Assembly (NCBI GenBank): GCA_963742415.1
Contig: CAVULX010000004.1
Location: 800,001-864,000 of the forward strand
Direction: 5' to 3'
DNA from: an uncultured Parachlamydiaceae bacterium
Lineage (GTDB): Bacteria; Chlamydiota; Chlamydiia; Chlamydiales; Parachlamydiaceae
DNA: 64,000 nt
Part shown: piece by piece, positions 8,775 to 19,615 of the stretch
How positions within the stretch are numbered: the stretch's first letter is position 1
Layout: every line of letters starts with the position of its first letter
Position numbers and translations under genes: made by a program
Notes under the pieces: generated by a model
The model's database searches: none
Told to the model about the DNA's origin: nothing
The model's input: only the letters and a program-made list of their open reading frames with translations

Positions 8775-9455
8775 TTAGGGGACTCGGTCTGCGAAATAAT
8801 GTGTATAATTACCTGTTTGCGCCCATTCCCACTTGGCACCTTTGCCTTTTCCCAAAATAATAAAAAATGAGCCCCATGTTCGTTTTGGATCTAAATAATC
8901 CTCATGACTCACATTGTATCCTACATAGGCGGGGGTATTTTTAGAAAAGCGAGTATCCTTGGCGTAACTATCAACTTCCCAAGTACTATGGTCGCTTAAA
9001 ATTAGATTTTGTTTATAATCCCCATAGATATGAGGTAAAGGCCAATTTTTAGTACGAACAGTTGGATTGGGGACGCCGGAAAAATCGACTACCAAAGGGG
9101 TGTCAATCAGCATAACATACAAGCCCTGATTTTTTTGATGGTTAAATAAGATAAATTTATGTGCTTTAAAAAATACCCAAGAATCTCTTAATTCAAATTC
9201 AACATGAACCTTATCTCCAATATTCCAACTAGTTAACTGTTCACAATCATTAGAATGAACTTTCCATGATGATCCATCATCAAGAATCACAGCGTAATCC
9301 CCTTTAAAATCCCCATTCAAATCCCCTTCATAGGTATAATGGCCTCGATATTCATGAATAAATGGGGTAAAATCTAAACTACTATGGATCTGGCCCGAAA
9401 ATACATGTTGCGAACAGCATATGATAAGAAAATAAATTAAATAAAAATGTCTCAT
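8775..9455 (-). CDS. Hypothetical exported protein
   Basis: 226-aa ORF with signal-peptide-like N-terminus; internal LDDGSSWKV / LSDHSTWEV repeat. Confidence 0.65.
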   Translation of the reverse strand: MRHFYLIYFLIICCSQHVFSGQIHSSLDFTPFIHEYRGHYTYEGDLNGDFKGDYAVILDDGSSWKVHSNDCEQLTSWNIGDKVHVEFELRDSWVFFKAHKFILFNHQKNQGLYVMLIDTPLVVDFSGVPNPTVRTKNWPLPHIYGDYKQNLILSDHSTWEVDSYAKDTRFSKNTPAYVGYNVSHEDYLDPKRTWGSFFIILGKGKGAKWEWAQTGNYTHYFADRVP

Positions 9456-9468
9456 AAAAAACCTTTTT

Positions 9469-9729
9469 CTATCTGATTACCTTCAGTTGTTTATTCTTGC
9501 TAATGCCCATGTCATGATTGATGCTAGAGAACAAAGTGGATGATTGTATAGATGAATAAATAAGAAGAATTTTAAGATTGGGGTGTTCATCGGAAAAGTC
9601 TAAGTTATCCATGTCGCCATAAAGGCGTATGGTATTATTTTCTTGGACTCTGTAGTCAGCATATAGGCGTGCGCCTATGGCCGCTTGGAGTAATATACAA
9701 AATGCAAAAAAAACTGATATAATTTTCAT
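9469..9729 (-). pseudogene. Truncated duplicate of the 12281..13012 gene
   Basis: 82/86 aa identical to the N-terminus of the 243-aa protein. Similarity ends where Tyr TAC is replaced by TAG. Confidence 0.9.
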
Positions 9730-9905
9730 AATGGTCTTATTGTAAAATTAATTATTTTCATTTAATCGTTAATTATAAATATTTATTTAATTAATTCCAA
9801 ACATAAAATACGCTAGATGGCTAAAATTGATGCTTAACTTTGATTGACTATTGGTGGATTTTTAAGGAAAAAAGCAACCCAAATTCTTACGCTTCACTTC
9901 GTACA

Positions 9906-10018
9906 CTAGGGACAACGGGGACTTAAGAGACCTTAGGGACATTGGTGACAGGGACTAATAACCTAAAAGTCCCTGTCACCAATGTCCCTAAGGTCTCTTA
10001 AGTCCCTATTGTCCCTAG
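9906..10018. repeat. GGGAC-periodic long hairpin (REP/MITE-like)
   Basis: 51-bp inverted arms (9906-9956 / 9968-10018), 2 mismatches, 11-nt loop. Confidence 0.9.
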
Positions 10019-10054
10019 GACTGTCTTAGAACTTATCTCGAGTTCGTTTGAAAG

Positions 10055-11704
10055 TCAGCCTTGATCCCCATTTTTCACCTCTTCGATTTCGCTGAGTCTC
10101 CAAGATTTGTCGAAGAAGGACTCCAGTGGATTATACAACCGCAAGATCAGGAACCATCCTTTGTTGGGTACCGTTTCAATCCAATTGCCCTCCTTGGCTT
10201 GGGATGGTTTAGTGGTTCCGAAATAAATGGTTGTTGATCCGTCGGCATTGGCGACAGCAGCCGGTGAAGGATAACTTTGACTGCCGGCTCTTGGAAATCG
10301 CTGATCTGTTTGCAGCATTGAACGCGTCTGGTTGTCATAAAGGGTCAATGACCAAAATTTAGCAGCAGGAATTTTTGGAGGGAGGGTCACTTTGTACGTC
10401 TTGGAACCATCAAAGGGCTGTCCTGTCGAATCGAGGATGCCAAAAAGATATTGCGATCCGATATCCGGGAGACGCATGACCATTGCAGGGGTAACCCCGG
10501 TGGCAGCGTAAAAAAATGCGATACGAGCATCCAGTGTACGTGCGCCGGTATCAGGGTAAAACTCGACTCCTTTCTTGGTGATCTGTGGTGGTGGCCGTTT
10601 GAAGTCGTATCCTCCGACAAATAATGGATTCAGCCAATAGGATGAAGCGTCATAGTATCCAAAACCTTCGGCCGTACGCGGACTGAACGCTATTGTACGG
10701 GCTGTTCCGTTGGCAAAGGCTATGGCATCAGTAAGGATTTTGCGCATGCGCTCATCAGGGGTGAATGGTTTGCCTTTGACAATGCCTATGGAGGCAAATT
10801 GTCCGGCGATTTCCGCTTCCAGAGCGTCTGCCGGCTGTTCCTGAACCAAGGCATTCAACATCTCGTAATATGAGAAATCATTGGGAGGTATCGTGTTTAA
10901 TACAAGGCCTGACCCTTCGGTAAAATCGGGTGTTTTGGGTTTGCTGAGGGTTGCCAACAGTCCATTTCCCTTTAGAAAGTTGGCGATGCTCGTTCCATAG
11001 CTGCCGGGAACATAGGGGTAGATTTTCAGATATTTTTTGATCGCTTCAACAGCTGGCGCAGGATCATTATTGACAAGGAAAGATCTTCCGAGCAATGCCA
11101 CCGACGTGGTGGTTGGGTAGCCGACGAAATAGCCTGCTTCCGGCAACTGTCCTTTGTAGTTGGGCGGTACTAATAGATACCTGCCCCCTTCGCCACGGTC
11201 AGGGCCCGGCATGCCAAAGTCAATGACCCAGCGGAACCATAAGTCATCGAAGATGCCGAGGGAGCCGGGAGGGGTCTCGACAACCATTGGACCATCAGAA
11301 AGGTTGATGTTGCTAATGAAATAAACGGTGTCTGCGTTAGCTGTAAGAAATAGCGAGTGTGCGTCCATCAGACCAGAAAAAATCAAGACACTATTATCCT
11401 TGATTCCTGCATCACGCATCCCTTGGCGTGCTGCATAAATGGATACGCCACGGAGTGTGTTGAGATATGTCTCTACACCGCGTTGAAAGTCCAACTGATC
11501 GTATATTTTTTGGACAGTCTCGCTATTTGGAATACCATCCTTGAATTCCAGGGTACCGACCCGTGTTTGCACTTTACTTGGCGTCGTGATTTGCCGTGGA
11601 ACCGGATCCCAGTGAGTTTGGTTCTGAAGCATTGCCTCTGCTTCAGCAGTCAAGATGGAACTCATGCATATCATACAGCCAAGATTTAAAAATGCAGACT
11701 TCAT
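10055..11704 (-). CDS. DUF1254/DUF1214 domain exported protein
   Basis: Signal peptide; TANADTVY, GPDRGEGGRYL, FWSLTLYD, LILRLYNP motifs. Confidence 0.85.
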   Translation of the reverse strand: MKSAFLNLGCMICMSSILTAEAEAMLQNQTHWDPVPRQITTPSKVQTRVGTLEFKDGIPNSETVQKIYDQLDFQRGVETYLNTLRGVSIYAARQGMRDAGIKDNSVLIFSGLMDAHSLFLTANADTVYFISNINLSDGPMVVETPPGSLGIFDDLWFRWVIDFGMPGPDRGEGGRYLLVPPNYKGQLPEAGYFVGYPTTTSVALLGRSFLVNNDPAPAVEAIKKYLKIYPYVPGSYGTSIANFLKGNGLLATLSKPKTPDFTEGSGLVLNTIPPNDFSYYEMLNALVQEQPADALEAEIAGQFASIGIVKGKPFTPDERMRKILTDAIAFANGTARTIAFSPRTAEGFGYYDASSYWLNPLFVGGYDFKRPPPQITKKGVEFYPDTGARTLDARIAFFYAATGVTPAMVMRLPDIGSQYLFGILDSTGQPFDGSKTYKVTLPPKIPAAKFWSLTLYDNQTRSMLQTDQRFPRAGSQSYPSPAAVANADGSTTIYFGTTKPSQAKEGNWIETVPNKGWFLILRLYNPLESFFDKSWRLSEIEEVKNGDQG

Positions 11705-11745
11705 AGCTTGTTTCCCATTAATTTAATTCTATTCAGAATTTATGA

Positions 11746-12189
11746 CTAATGTTTAGATTTAGTCGAATCTATCGGAGCCGGCACAGGTATAAGTAAAGCG
11801 TGGGCTATCATTTGCCAATTATTATTATTATTTTGCCAGACACTGAGACGATTAGCTTTAGAAGTAATGGGCCTACCTTCAATTGTTTCCGAAACTGTGA
11901 CATTATAAGTTACGACCATGACACCAGGACCTTCGGTGACTTTAACATCGTTTATGATGTAGTCGCTGATATTTAATGCTTTGGTATGATTCAAATATTG
12001 TTCTTTATTAAGAATCTCATCGAATAGGGCCGTTTGAAAATAGGAAGCAATCTTTTTATCTAAATCATTCCATTTATGATTTCTAACTAACTTCCAGACT
12101 TGTTCTTCAAGAAGTTCACCTTGGGATACCTCTGCCGATAGAGATATGCGAGTGAGCAGCATTAAAATAATAAAAACATATTTTAGCAT
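11746..12189 (-). CDS. Exported NTF2-like (DUF4440-type) protein
   Basis: Signal peptide; RLSVWQ....WQMIAH C-terminal strand pattern. Confidence 0.7.
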   Translation of the reverse strand: MLKYVFIILMLLTRISLSAEVSQGELLEEQVWKLVRNHKWNDLDKKIASYFQTALFDEILNKEQYLNHTKALNISDYIINDVKVTEGPGVMVVTYNVTVSETIEGRPITSKANRLSVWQNNNNNWQMIAHALLIPVPAPIDSTKSKH

Positions 12190-12280
12190 TGGAGTGCCTC
12201 TTTTAAGATGGGTGATAAACAGAGTAATATAATACTTATTTTATTTTATCAAGAGAACAACTCGTACAACCCGTGATATT

Positions 12281-13012
12281 TTACGGACCCTGTGTTGGGG
12301 AAGGAGGGCAACCATGGAGCTCAACTTTTGTGGTAGGAAGTCGTGCGTTCAATATGTCCAATGCCTTTCTTAGGCTACGCGCAGCTCCATCTGTTGAATT
12401 AAAAACAACTATTTTCAAGAGTTTTAATTGTTGCAATGAGGCGAGGAGATCTAAGTGCTTGCGCGAAAGTGTAAAATCAAAAATATCAATATTAATATGT
12501 AATTCTCGTAATTGCGGTATAGCGGCAATAGTCTCTAAGAAATCTTTGGGGGGAAACTGCCAAGAATAGTGTATTATATTTAATGAAGGGAAATTAAGTA
12601 AAAATTGCCATGATTTTGTTGGGCGAAAATGCATATACTCGAATTGAAATGTCGTTAACGATGGAACATAGGCTTGACTTAAGAGGTTGTCTATTCCATT
12701 GGGAACATCTTTATGAGAAATCCCGTTACTGAACATAGTCGAAGGGGAGTTGTATCTGATTACCTTCAGTTGTTTATTCTTGCTAATTCCCATGTCATGA
12801 TTGATGCTAGAGAACAAAGTGGATGATTGTATAGATGAATAAATAAGAAGAATTTCAAGATTAGGGTGTTCATCGGAAAAGTCTAAGTTATCCATGTTGC
12901 CATAAAGGCGTATGGTATTGTTTTCATGGACTCTGTAGTCAGCATATAGGCGTGCGCCTATGGCCGCTTGGAGTAATACACAAAATGCAAAAAAAACTGA
13001 TATAATTTTCAT
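12281..13012 (-). CDS. Exported protein with degenerate leucine-rich repeats
   Basis: Signal peptide; recurrent PNLEILLI, PSLTTFQF, PSLNIIHY, PQLRELHI, QQLKLLKI. Confidence 0.65.
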   Translation of the reverse strand: MKIISVFFAFCVLLQAAIGARLYADYRVHENNTIRLYGNMDNLDFSDEHPNLEILLIYSSIQSSTLFSSINHDMGISKNKQLKVIRYNSPSTMFSNGISHKDVPNGIDNLLSQAYVPSLTTFQFEYMHFRPTKSWQFLLNFPSLNIIHYSWQFPPKDFLETIAAIPQLRELHINIDIFDFTLSRKHLDLLASLQQLKLLKIVVFNSTDGAARSLRKALDILNARLPTTKVELHGCPPSPTQGP

Positions 13013-13359
13013 AAAGACCTTATTATAAAATTAATTATTTTCATTTAATCGCTAATAATAAATAAATAATTAATTAACTTCAATCCATTATCGCTTTGGT
13101 TGTTAAATTTGAGATTGACTCTTTTTAAAATAAAAGTAGTCTATTCTAAATCTGAATTAATCAGGCAACTTCCTCCATCAGTCTTGTCCATAGAACAATT
13201 TGAAAACGAGTATCGAATAACACAAATTGAAGCTGTCTTGTCAGCACAGTCAGGCTACGTTCTATGTCAAGGAGAGGAAGTTCTTCTCAACAGCGCTCTC
13301 CAAGACGAAATTGAAAACGAAGAGGCTTCGGACTTTTAAATTTGTTTTTCCGCTTCCTG

Positions 13360-13420
13360 TAGGGACAACAAGGACTTAAGCGACCTTAGGGACATTCGAG
13401 ACAGCGACAAATAATCTAAA
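13360..13420 (+). repeat. Single-arm copy of the GGGAC hairpin element
   Basis: tagggacaacaaggacttaagcgaccttagggacattcgagacagcgacaaataatctaaa resembles 9907-9967. Confidence 0.8.
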
Positions 13421-13426
13421 TTATCC

Positions 13427-16400
13427 CTATCTCCAGGGGATGCGGCTGTTGATTTTTTCCATGACGAGATAGAGGCTCGGGGTGATGAAAAGGGTGATCA
13501 ATTGAGAAAGGAGGAGTCCCCCGATAATAACAAGACCGAGAGGGCGGCGGAATTCTGCACTAGCGCCTATACCTAAGGCAATGGGTAACGCTCCGAAAAT
13601 GGCCGCTACCGTCGTCATCATAATGGGTCTAAACCTCACTAACGCCGCGTCATAAATCGCATCACGCGATGACATATTTTTTGTGCGGATATTATCCAAA
13701 GCGAAGTCGACCATCATAATGCCATTTTTTTTCACGATCCCAATCAAAAGAATGATCCCCAAATAAGAATACATCGACAAAGGCAGATCAAAAATCCACA
13801 AAGTCAACAATCCGCCCAACGTTGCTGGCGGCAGAGTCGTAAGCACTGTTAAGGGGTGGATAAAGCTTTCATACAACATCCCTAGAATGATGTAGATGGC
13901 AAAAATCGCTAGAAAAAGCAGAAAGACTGCATTCTTGATCGATTCTTGATAGGATTGGATCGCCCCAATGGGTTGTATTTGGATGATGGGATCGACCACT
14001 TGCGCTTGTAGTTCTTTCAATCGGTCAAGTGCTTGTTCCAAAGTCACGCCAGTGGGGAGGTTAAAATCGATGGTAGCCGATGGAAACTGATCTATATGGT
14101 TGATACTGGAAGCTCCAATCCCCTCTTCCCATTCAGCCACAGCGCCCATTGGGACTAATTGATCGGAAATAGATGAGCGCATCCATAAAGAGTTAAAAGT
14201 GTCGGTGCCTTTCTGGTATTGATTATACAATTCTAAGATCACATTATATTGGTCAATTGCTGTATCGATACGGGTGATGTAGTTATAGGAATAACTAAAA
14301 TTGAAAGCATTTTCTATATCGGCAGCGGTGATCCCTAGCGAAGAAGCCTTGTCACGCAAGATTGAGACATTGATTTGAGGTGAATTGATTTCGAGATCGC
14401 TATTAACACCTAGAAATGTGGGATCTTTTTGCATGGCATCGATCAACCGTTGTGCCGAGGGGTAGACCTTGTCTGCAAAAATACTTTGCATAGCCACTTG
14501 GTAATCGCCGCGACTTTCTTGTCCAGTCGCCAAATCGATAAGAGGTATATTTCTAATGAAACACTGGATACCTGGAATTTTAGCTAGGTTAATCGAAAGA
14601 TCGTTGATGACATCGTTAATCGGGGCACGCTGATCATAGGGTTTGAGAGCGACAAGATTTTGCCCTTTCCGATATTCAGAGTAGGAACTGATGGCGATGA
14701 CTTTGTCAACAGCAGGATGAGATTTTATCACTTCAGCCACCTGTTTTTCGTAGTTCTCCATATGGTAAGAGGAACCTCCTTCCATTTCTTGCGTGTAAAC
14801 AATGAAAAAGCCCGCATCTTGATCGGGTACAAAGTCGGTGGGTATAATATAAAACAGCCAAATGGTTAAAACCAAGCAGATCAACCCGATCAATGCAGCT
14901 AAATAATAGCCATCTATCACTTTATTGAGCATCCTGCCATAGGCTTCGCGCATTCTTGTATTGATATTATGCGAGAACTTAAATAGCTTCCCTTCTCGAT
15001 TATTTTGAGGTAGAAAGCGGCTGCACAACATCGGAGTTAAACTTAATGAAATAGCCCCTGAAATTAGAGTAACGGCAGATAATGTGATAGCAAACTCACT
15101 CAAAATTCTCCCGATTAATCCTGCCATAAGTAGCATCGGCAAAAACACCGCGATAAGGGAAAGGGTCATGGAAACGATGGTGAAACTGATCTGGCGCGAG
15201 CCTTCCAAAGAAGCCTGAAAACGGTCTTCTCCCGATTCTTGCCTGCGCACAATATTTTCTACTACAACAATGGCATCATCGATGATGAAGCCAACCGCCA
15301 AAATCAGGGCTAATAAAGACAAATTGTCCAAAGTATAATGGTAAGCATCCATGACGATGAAAGTGGCGATAATTGACATCGGCATAATAATGGAAGGGAT
15401 GATCGTATCGGCTAATTTTCCTAAATATAAGGTGATGACGATCACTACCAGGATAAGCGCGATGAGAAGGGTGAATTTCACATCGTTGATTGAATCGCGA
15501 ATGGAAATCGATTGGTCATAAAAAACAGAGAGTTCAACTGCTTTGGGAAGTTCCCCTTTTAGAGCATCTAAAAGCTCATAAATTGAATCTGAAATTGCCA
15601 CAGTATTAGCTGTAGGCTCTTTTTGAATAGCCAGCAAAATTGTGGATTCCGATTTATCTTTATCGACATATTCCACATGAATTTTATCATTTTGGAAACC
15701 CTCTACTGTTTTTCCGAGGTCAGAAATGCGGAGAGGTGTGCCATTGCGGTAGGCTACGATAAGGGGATCCCAAACATCTGCAGTGACAAGCTGTCCATCG
15801 ACAGAGATATTAGGCGCTTCTACAGCCCCATCTAATTGTCCTGTAGGAAGATTTACGTTACCCAGTGCAATCTGTACGGCTAACTCAGATAAAGAGATAT
15901 CATTTGCCACTAAACGACCTGGATCCACTTTGATGCGGATAGCCAATGCAGAGCCAAAGACCGTGACCTGAGAGACTCCCGACAACATGGAAATACGTTG
16001 GCCAATAAAGTTATTCGCATAAGTATAAAGATCATTGAGGCGCATGGTTTTGGAAGAAAGTCCAATGTAGACAACAGGCAGTTCGGCGGGGTTCACTTTT
16101 CGATAAGTCGGTGCATAGGGAAGATTGGGTGGCAATTGAGGTGTCGCCGTAATAATCGCTGATTGCACATCTTGTGCCGCTTCCGTCATGTTTTTGTTAA
16201 TGTTGAACTGAATGACGATGCTACTGTTTCCCAAGGTATTATTTGAAGTCACTAATGTAGCCCCAGGAATAGCCATGAATTGCTTTTCCAGGGGCAATGC
16301 GATAGCATGCGCCATTACATCAGGGGTCATCCCCGGATAAGAAACACTCACATTGATGGTGGGATAAGTGATACTCGGCAAATTACTGATAGGAAGCCGC

Positions 16401-16504
16401 AAATACGCTAGAATGCCTGCAAAGAGGATGGCAACCATCAATAGAGTCGTCATTATCGGACGTCTGACAAACGGTTCAGACAAATTCATCTTTTTCCCTA
16501 TCAC
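13427..16504 (-). CDS. RND efflux permease, MdtB/MdtC-like
   Basis: 1025 aa; IIDDAIVVVEN, VKKNGIM, RFRPIMMTT. Confidence 0.93.
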   Translation of the reverse strand: MIGKKMNLSEPFVRRPIMTTLLMVAILFAGILAYLRLPISNLPSITYPTINVSVSYPGMTPDVMAHAIALPLEKQFMAIPGATLVTSNNTLGNSSIVIQFNINKNMTEAAQDVQSAIITATPQLPPNLPYAPTYRKVNPAELPVVYIGLSSKTMRLNDLYTYANNFIGQRISMLSGVSQVTVFGSALAIRIKVDPGRLVANDISLSELAVQIALGNVNLPTGQLDGAVEAPNISVDGQLVTADVWDPLIVAYRNGTPLRISDLGKTVEGFQNDKIHVEYVDKDKSESTILLAIQKEPTANTVAISDSIYELLDALKGELPKAVELSVFYDQSISIRDSINDVKFTLLIALILVVIVITLYLGKLADTIIPSIIMPMSIIATFIVMDAYHYTLDNLSLLALILAVGFIIDDAIVVVENIVRRQESGEDRFQASLEGSRQISFTIVSMTLSLIAVFLPMLLMAGLIGRILSEFAITLSAVTLISGAISLSLTPMLCSRFLPQNNREGKLFKFSHNINTRMREAYGRMLNKVIDGYYLAALIGLICLVLTIWLFYIIPTDFVPDQDAGFFIVYTQEMEGGSSYHMENYEKQVAEVIKSHPAVDKVIAISSYSEYRKGQNLVALKPYDQRAPINDVINDLSINLAKIPGIQCFIRNIPLIDLATGQESRGDYQVAMQSIFADKVYPSAQRLIDAMQKDPTFLGVNSDLEINSPQINVSILRDKASSLGITAADIENAFNFSYSYNYITRIDTAIDQYNVILELYNQYQKGTDTFNSLWMRSSISDQLVPMGAVAEWEEGIGASSINHIDQFPSATIDFNLPTGVTLEQALDRLKELQAQVVDPIIQIQPIGAIQSYQESIKNAVFLLFLAIFAIYIILGMLYESFIHPLTVLTTLPPATLGGLLTLWIFDLPLSMYSYLGIILLIGIVKKNGIMMVDFALDNIRTKNMSSRDAIYDAALVRFRPIMMTTVAAIFGALPIALGIGASAEFRRPLGLVIIGGLLLSQLITLFITPSLYLVMEKINSRIPWR

Positions 16505-16534
16505 TTTAAAAAATAAAATTTAAATTACTCGTAA

Positions 16535-19500
16535 TTATTTTTTATTGCTCCCGAATTTTTCACTTAACTTTTCAAATTCCAAATAAAGCACGGGGGTGAT
16601 GAACAGCGTGATCAATTGAGAAATGAGCAATCCACCAATGATAACTAGACCCAAAGGTCTGCGCGCTTCGGCGTTAGCTCCGTATCCCAAAGCGATGGGT
16701 AGAACGCCAAATATGGCAGCCATGGTTGTCATCATGATAGGTCTGAACCGCACCAAGCTTGCATCGATGATAGCCTCGCGAGCAGCCATTCCCCGTAACC
16801 GTATATTTTCCAAGGCAAAATCGACAATCATGATCCCGTTCTTTTTGACAATTCCGATAAGCAAGATGATCCCAAGGAAAGAGTACATGGAAAGGGGCAT
16901 GCCAAAGAGGAGAAGAACGAGTAATCCGCCAAATGTGGCAGGGGGCAGAGTGGCAAGAATCGTGATAGGATGGATAAAGCTTTCGTAGAGGATACCCAAA
17001 ATGATGTAAATGCAAAAAATAGTTAATAACAACAGATAGCCAGAAGATTTTATTGATTCATAAAAGGTTTGGGCGGCGCCTATCGGTTTTGCTGAAACTC
17101 CTGGTGCCACAACTTCCTGGGTATAAGTATTTAATTTATCCAAAGCGGTTTCTAAGGGAATATCGGGGGCTAAATTGAATGAAATGGTGACAGAAGGGAA
17201 CTGATTGATATGATTGACGCTAGTGGCGCCCAACCCTTCAGTCCATTGCATTGTTGCAGTTAAAGGCACCAATTCCTCGTTTAAGGGTGAGCGTAACCAT
17301 ATTTGATTTAAAGTAGCCGGCTCACGCTGATATTCGGGATAGAGCTCTAAAATCACATTATATTGGTCAATAGGCGTTTGAATAAGCGATATTAAGTTTC
17401 CGGAATAACTCAAGTTAAAGACATTTTCGACATCAAATGCTGTGAGCCCATATTGGGAAGCTTGATCGCGTAGAATGTTAACATTAATTTGCGGTGTTTG
17501 AATTTCTAAATCACTGTTAACACCCTGAAACATCGGGTCATTGCGCATTTTATCCAACAACTTATTAGCAGAGTCATAAATAGTTTCTGCATGGATCCCT
17601 TGAAGAGCGAATTGATAGGCTGAACGTGCTTCTTGTCCGATGGACAGGTCTATCAAAGGGATGTTTTTAATAAAACACTGAACCCCCTCCACTTGCTTTA
17701 GCTTTTGGTATAAATTTTGGATAACTGTATTGATTGGGGGTCTTTGATCTTGCGGTTTAAGGTGAACGTAATTCAACCCCTTTCTCCATTCGTTGATAGA
17801 GCTTAAAGCCACAAAGTCATCTACAGCGGGATCATCTTTGATGATCTGAAGGATTCTATTTTCATAATTGAGCATGCGAGCAGAAGCACCGCCCTCCATT
17901 TCTTGTGTATAAATGGCAAAAAATCCGATATCTTCATTGGGGACAAAATCGGTTGGGATGTAATAGAACAAGTAGATCGTAGCAATTAAAGTAAGGAATC
18001 CAATACTCAACACCGCCACCTGATGATCGAACACTTTCACCAATAATCTATGATAGAGATTACTCATCGATGAGTTAAATTTATTGGCAAATTTCTCCAT
18101 GATCGCTTTTTCGTTTGCTTTATCACTTCTTGGAGGAATGAAGCGACTGCTCAGCATAGGAGTAAGTGTCAATGCAATCAGTCCTGAAATAATGGTGATT
18201 GCTGCTAAGGTGATGGCAAATTCGCTAAAAATTTTTCCAATTAACCCCCCCATGAAAAGCATGGGAATAAAGACCGCCAGCAAAGACATGGTCATTGAGA
18301 CAATGGTGAATCCAATTTCACGTGAACCTTCCAAAGAAGCATTTAAAGGTGTTTCTCCCCTTTCAACACGTCTAATAATATTTTCCAATACAACCACAGC
18401 GTCATCGATGATAAAGCCCACAGCCAGTGTCAATGCCAACACCGAAAGGTTATCCAACGTGAAATTAAGCGCATACATGACCACAAAAGTGCCAATCACT
18501 GACATCGGCAAGACTAAAGAGGGTATGATGGTATCGGCAATTTTGCCTAAAAAGAGGTAAATCACTAACACAACCAAAAATAGGGCGATGACCAGGGTGG
18601 TAATGGCATCACTGATAGCTGTCCGAACGGGTATGGAGTGATCAAAAACAATATGGGTATCAATAGCAGCTGGAAGTTCAGTTTTCAACTGATCCATCAA
18701 TTTATAAATCCCTTCAGCAATAGCTACTGTGTTAGCTCCAGGCTCCTTTTGAATGGCTAAAACAACTGTCGGTTGAGCGCCGTTGGCATCGACATATTGT
18801 CCAAGAATCTTGTTGTTTTGAAAATTTTCTATGGCTTGACCAAGGTCCTGAATGCGTACAGGTGTTCCATTCCGATAAGCCACAATCAACTTATCATAAT
18901 CACCGGCTTTTATTACTTCTCCATCCACAGAAATAATAGGCGCCTCGATGTTACCATCTAACTGTCCTGTAGGAAGAAATACATTCTCCAGTTTTACAGC
19001 GGTGGCAATTTCAGCAAGGGTGATGTCATGAGTGACGAGTTTGGCTGGATCCACTTGAATGCGGACGGCCAAAATGGACCCAAACGTGGTCACCTGTGAA
19101 ACACCCTCCAACATCGAAATGCGCTGGCCAATCAACGTATTTGCATATGTGTATAAATCATAACGAGGCATTGTCGGCGAAGTGACACCCAGGATGATCA
19201 CAGGCTGCTGCGCTGGATTCACTTTGCGGTAAACAGGACCGTAAGGAATATTGGGAGGTAGATAAGGGATGGCAGCCGTCACAGCTTCTTGAACATCTTG
19301 TGCCGCGGTCAGCATATCCTTATCAATATCGAACTGGAGGACTATGCTTGTGCTTCCTAAGGTATTATTCGAACTGACAATACGCAATCCAGGGATTGCC
19401 ATGAATTGCTTTTCCAAGGGAAGCGCTACCGAATTGGCCATTGTTTCAGGAAGTGCTCCAGGAAAAGTAGATTTCACATTAATAGTGGGAAAATTGACAT

Positions 19501-19615
19501 TAGGCATGCTGCTGATAGGCAGCAGATAATAACAGACCAGTCCTGCAAATAGGATGGCAGCCATAGCCAAAGTTGTCATAACAGGACGTTTGATGAATGG
19601 GGCTGATGGATTCAT
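16535..19615 (-). CDS. RND efflux permease, MdtB/MdtC-like
   Basis: 1026 aa paralog; IIDDAVVVLEN, VKKNGIM, RFRPIMMTT. Confidence 0.93.
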   Translation of the reverse strand: MNPSAPFIKRPVMTTLAMAAILFAGLVCYYLLPISSMPNVNFPTINVKSTFPGALPETMANSVALPLEKQFMAIPGLRIVSSNNTLGSTSIVLQFDIDKDMLTAAQDVQEAVTAAIPYLPPNIPYGPVYRKVNPAQQPVIILGVTSPTMPRYDLYTYANTLIGQRISMLEGVSQVTTFGSILAVRIQVDPAKLVTHDITLAEIATAVKLENVFLPTGQLDGNIEAPIISVDGEVIKAGDYDKLIVAYRNGTPVRIQDLGQAIENFQNNKILGQYVDANGAQPTVVLAIQKEPGANTVAIAEGIYKLMDQLKTELPAAIDTHIVFDHSIPVRTAISDAITTLVIALFLVVLVIYLFLGKIADTIIPSLVLPMSVIGTFVVMYALNFTLDNLSVLALTLAVGFIIDDAVVVLENIIRRVERGETPLNASLEGSREIGFTIVSMTMSLLAVFIPMLFMGGLIGKIFSEFAITLAAITIISGLIALTLTPMLSSRFIPPRSDKANEKAIMEKFANKFNSSMSNLYHRLLVKVFDHQVAVLSIGFLTLIATIYLFYYIPTDFVPNEDIGFFAIYTQEMEGGASARMLNYENRILQIIKDDPAVDDFVALSSINEWRKGLNYVHLKPQDQRPPINTVIQNLYQKLKQVEGVQCFIKNIPLIDLSIGQEARSAYQFALQGIHAETIYDSANKLLDKMRNDPMFQGVNSDLEIQTPQINVNILRDQASQYGLTAFDVENVFNLSYSGNLISLIQTPIDQYNVILELYPEYQREPATLNQIWLRSPLNEELVPLTATMQWTEGLGATSVNHINQFPSVTISFNLAPDIPLETALDKLNTYTQEVVAPGVSAKPIGAAQTFYESIKSSGYLLLLTIFCIYIILGILYESFIHPITILATLPPATFGGLLVLLLFGMPLSMYSFLGIILLIGIVKKNGIMIVDFALENIRLRGMAAREAIIDASLVRFRPIMMTTMAAIFGVLPIALGYGANAEARRPLGLVIIGGLLISQLITLFITPVLYLEFEKLSEKFGSNKK

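Noticed and set aside
13100..13339. 79-aa plus-strand ORF
   Set aside because: TTG start, no motif, lies in a repeat-containing intergenic region; cannot be supported as a gene.
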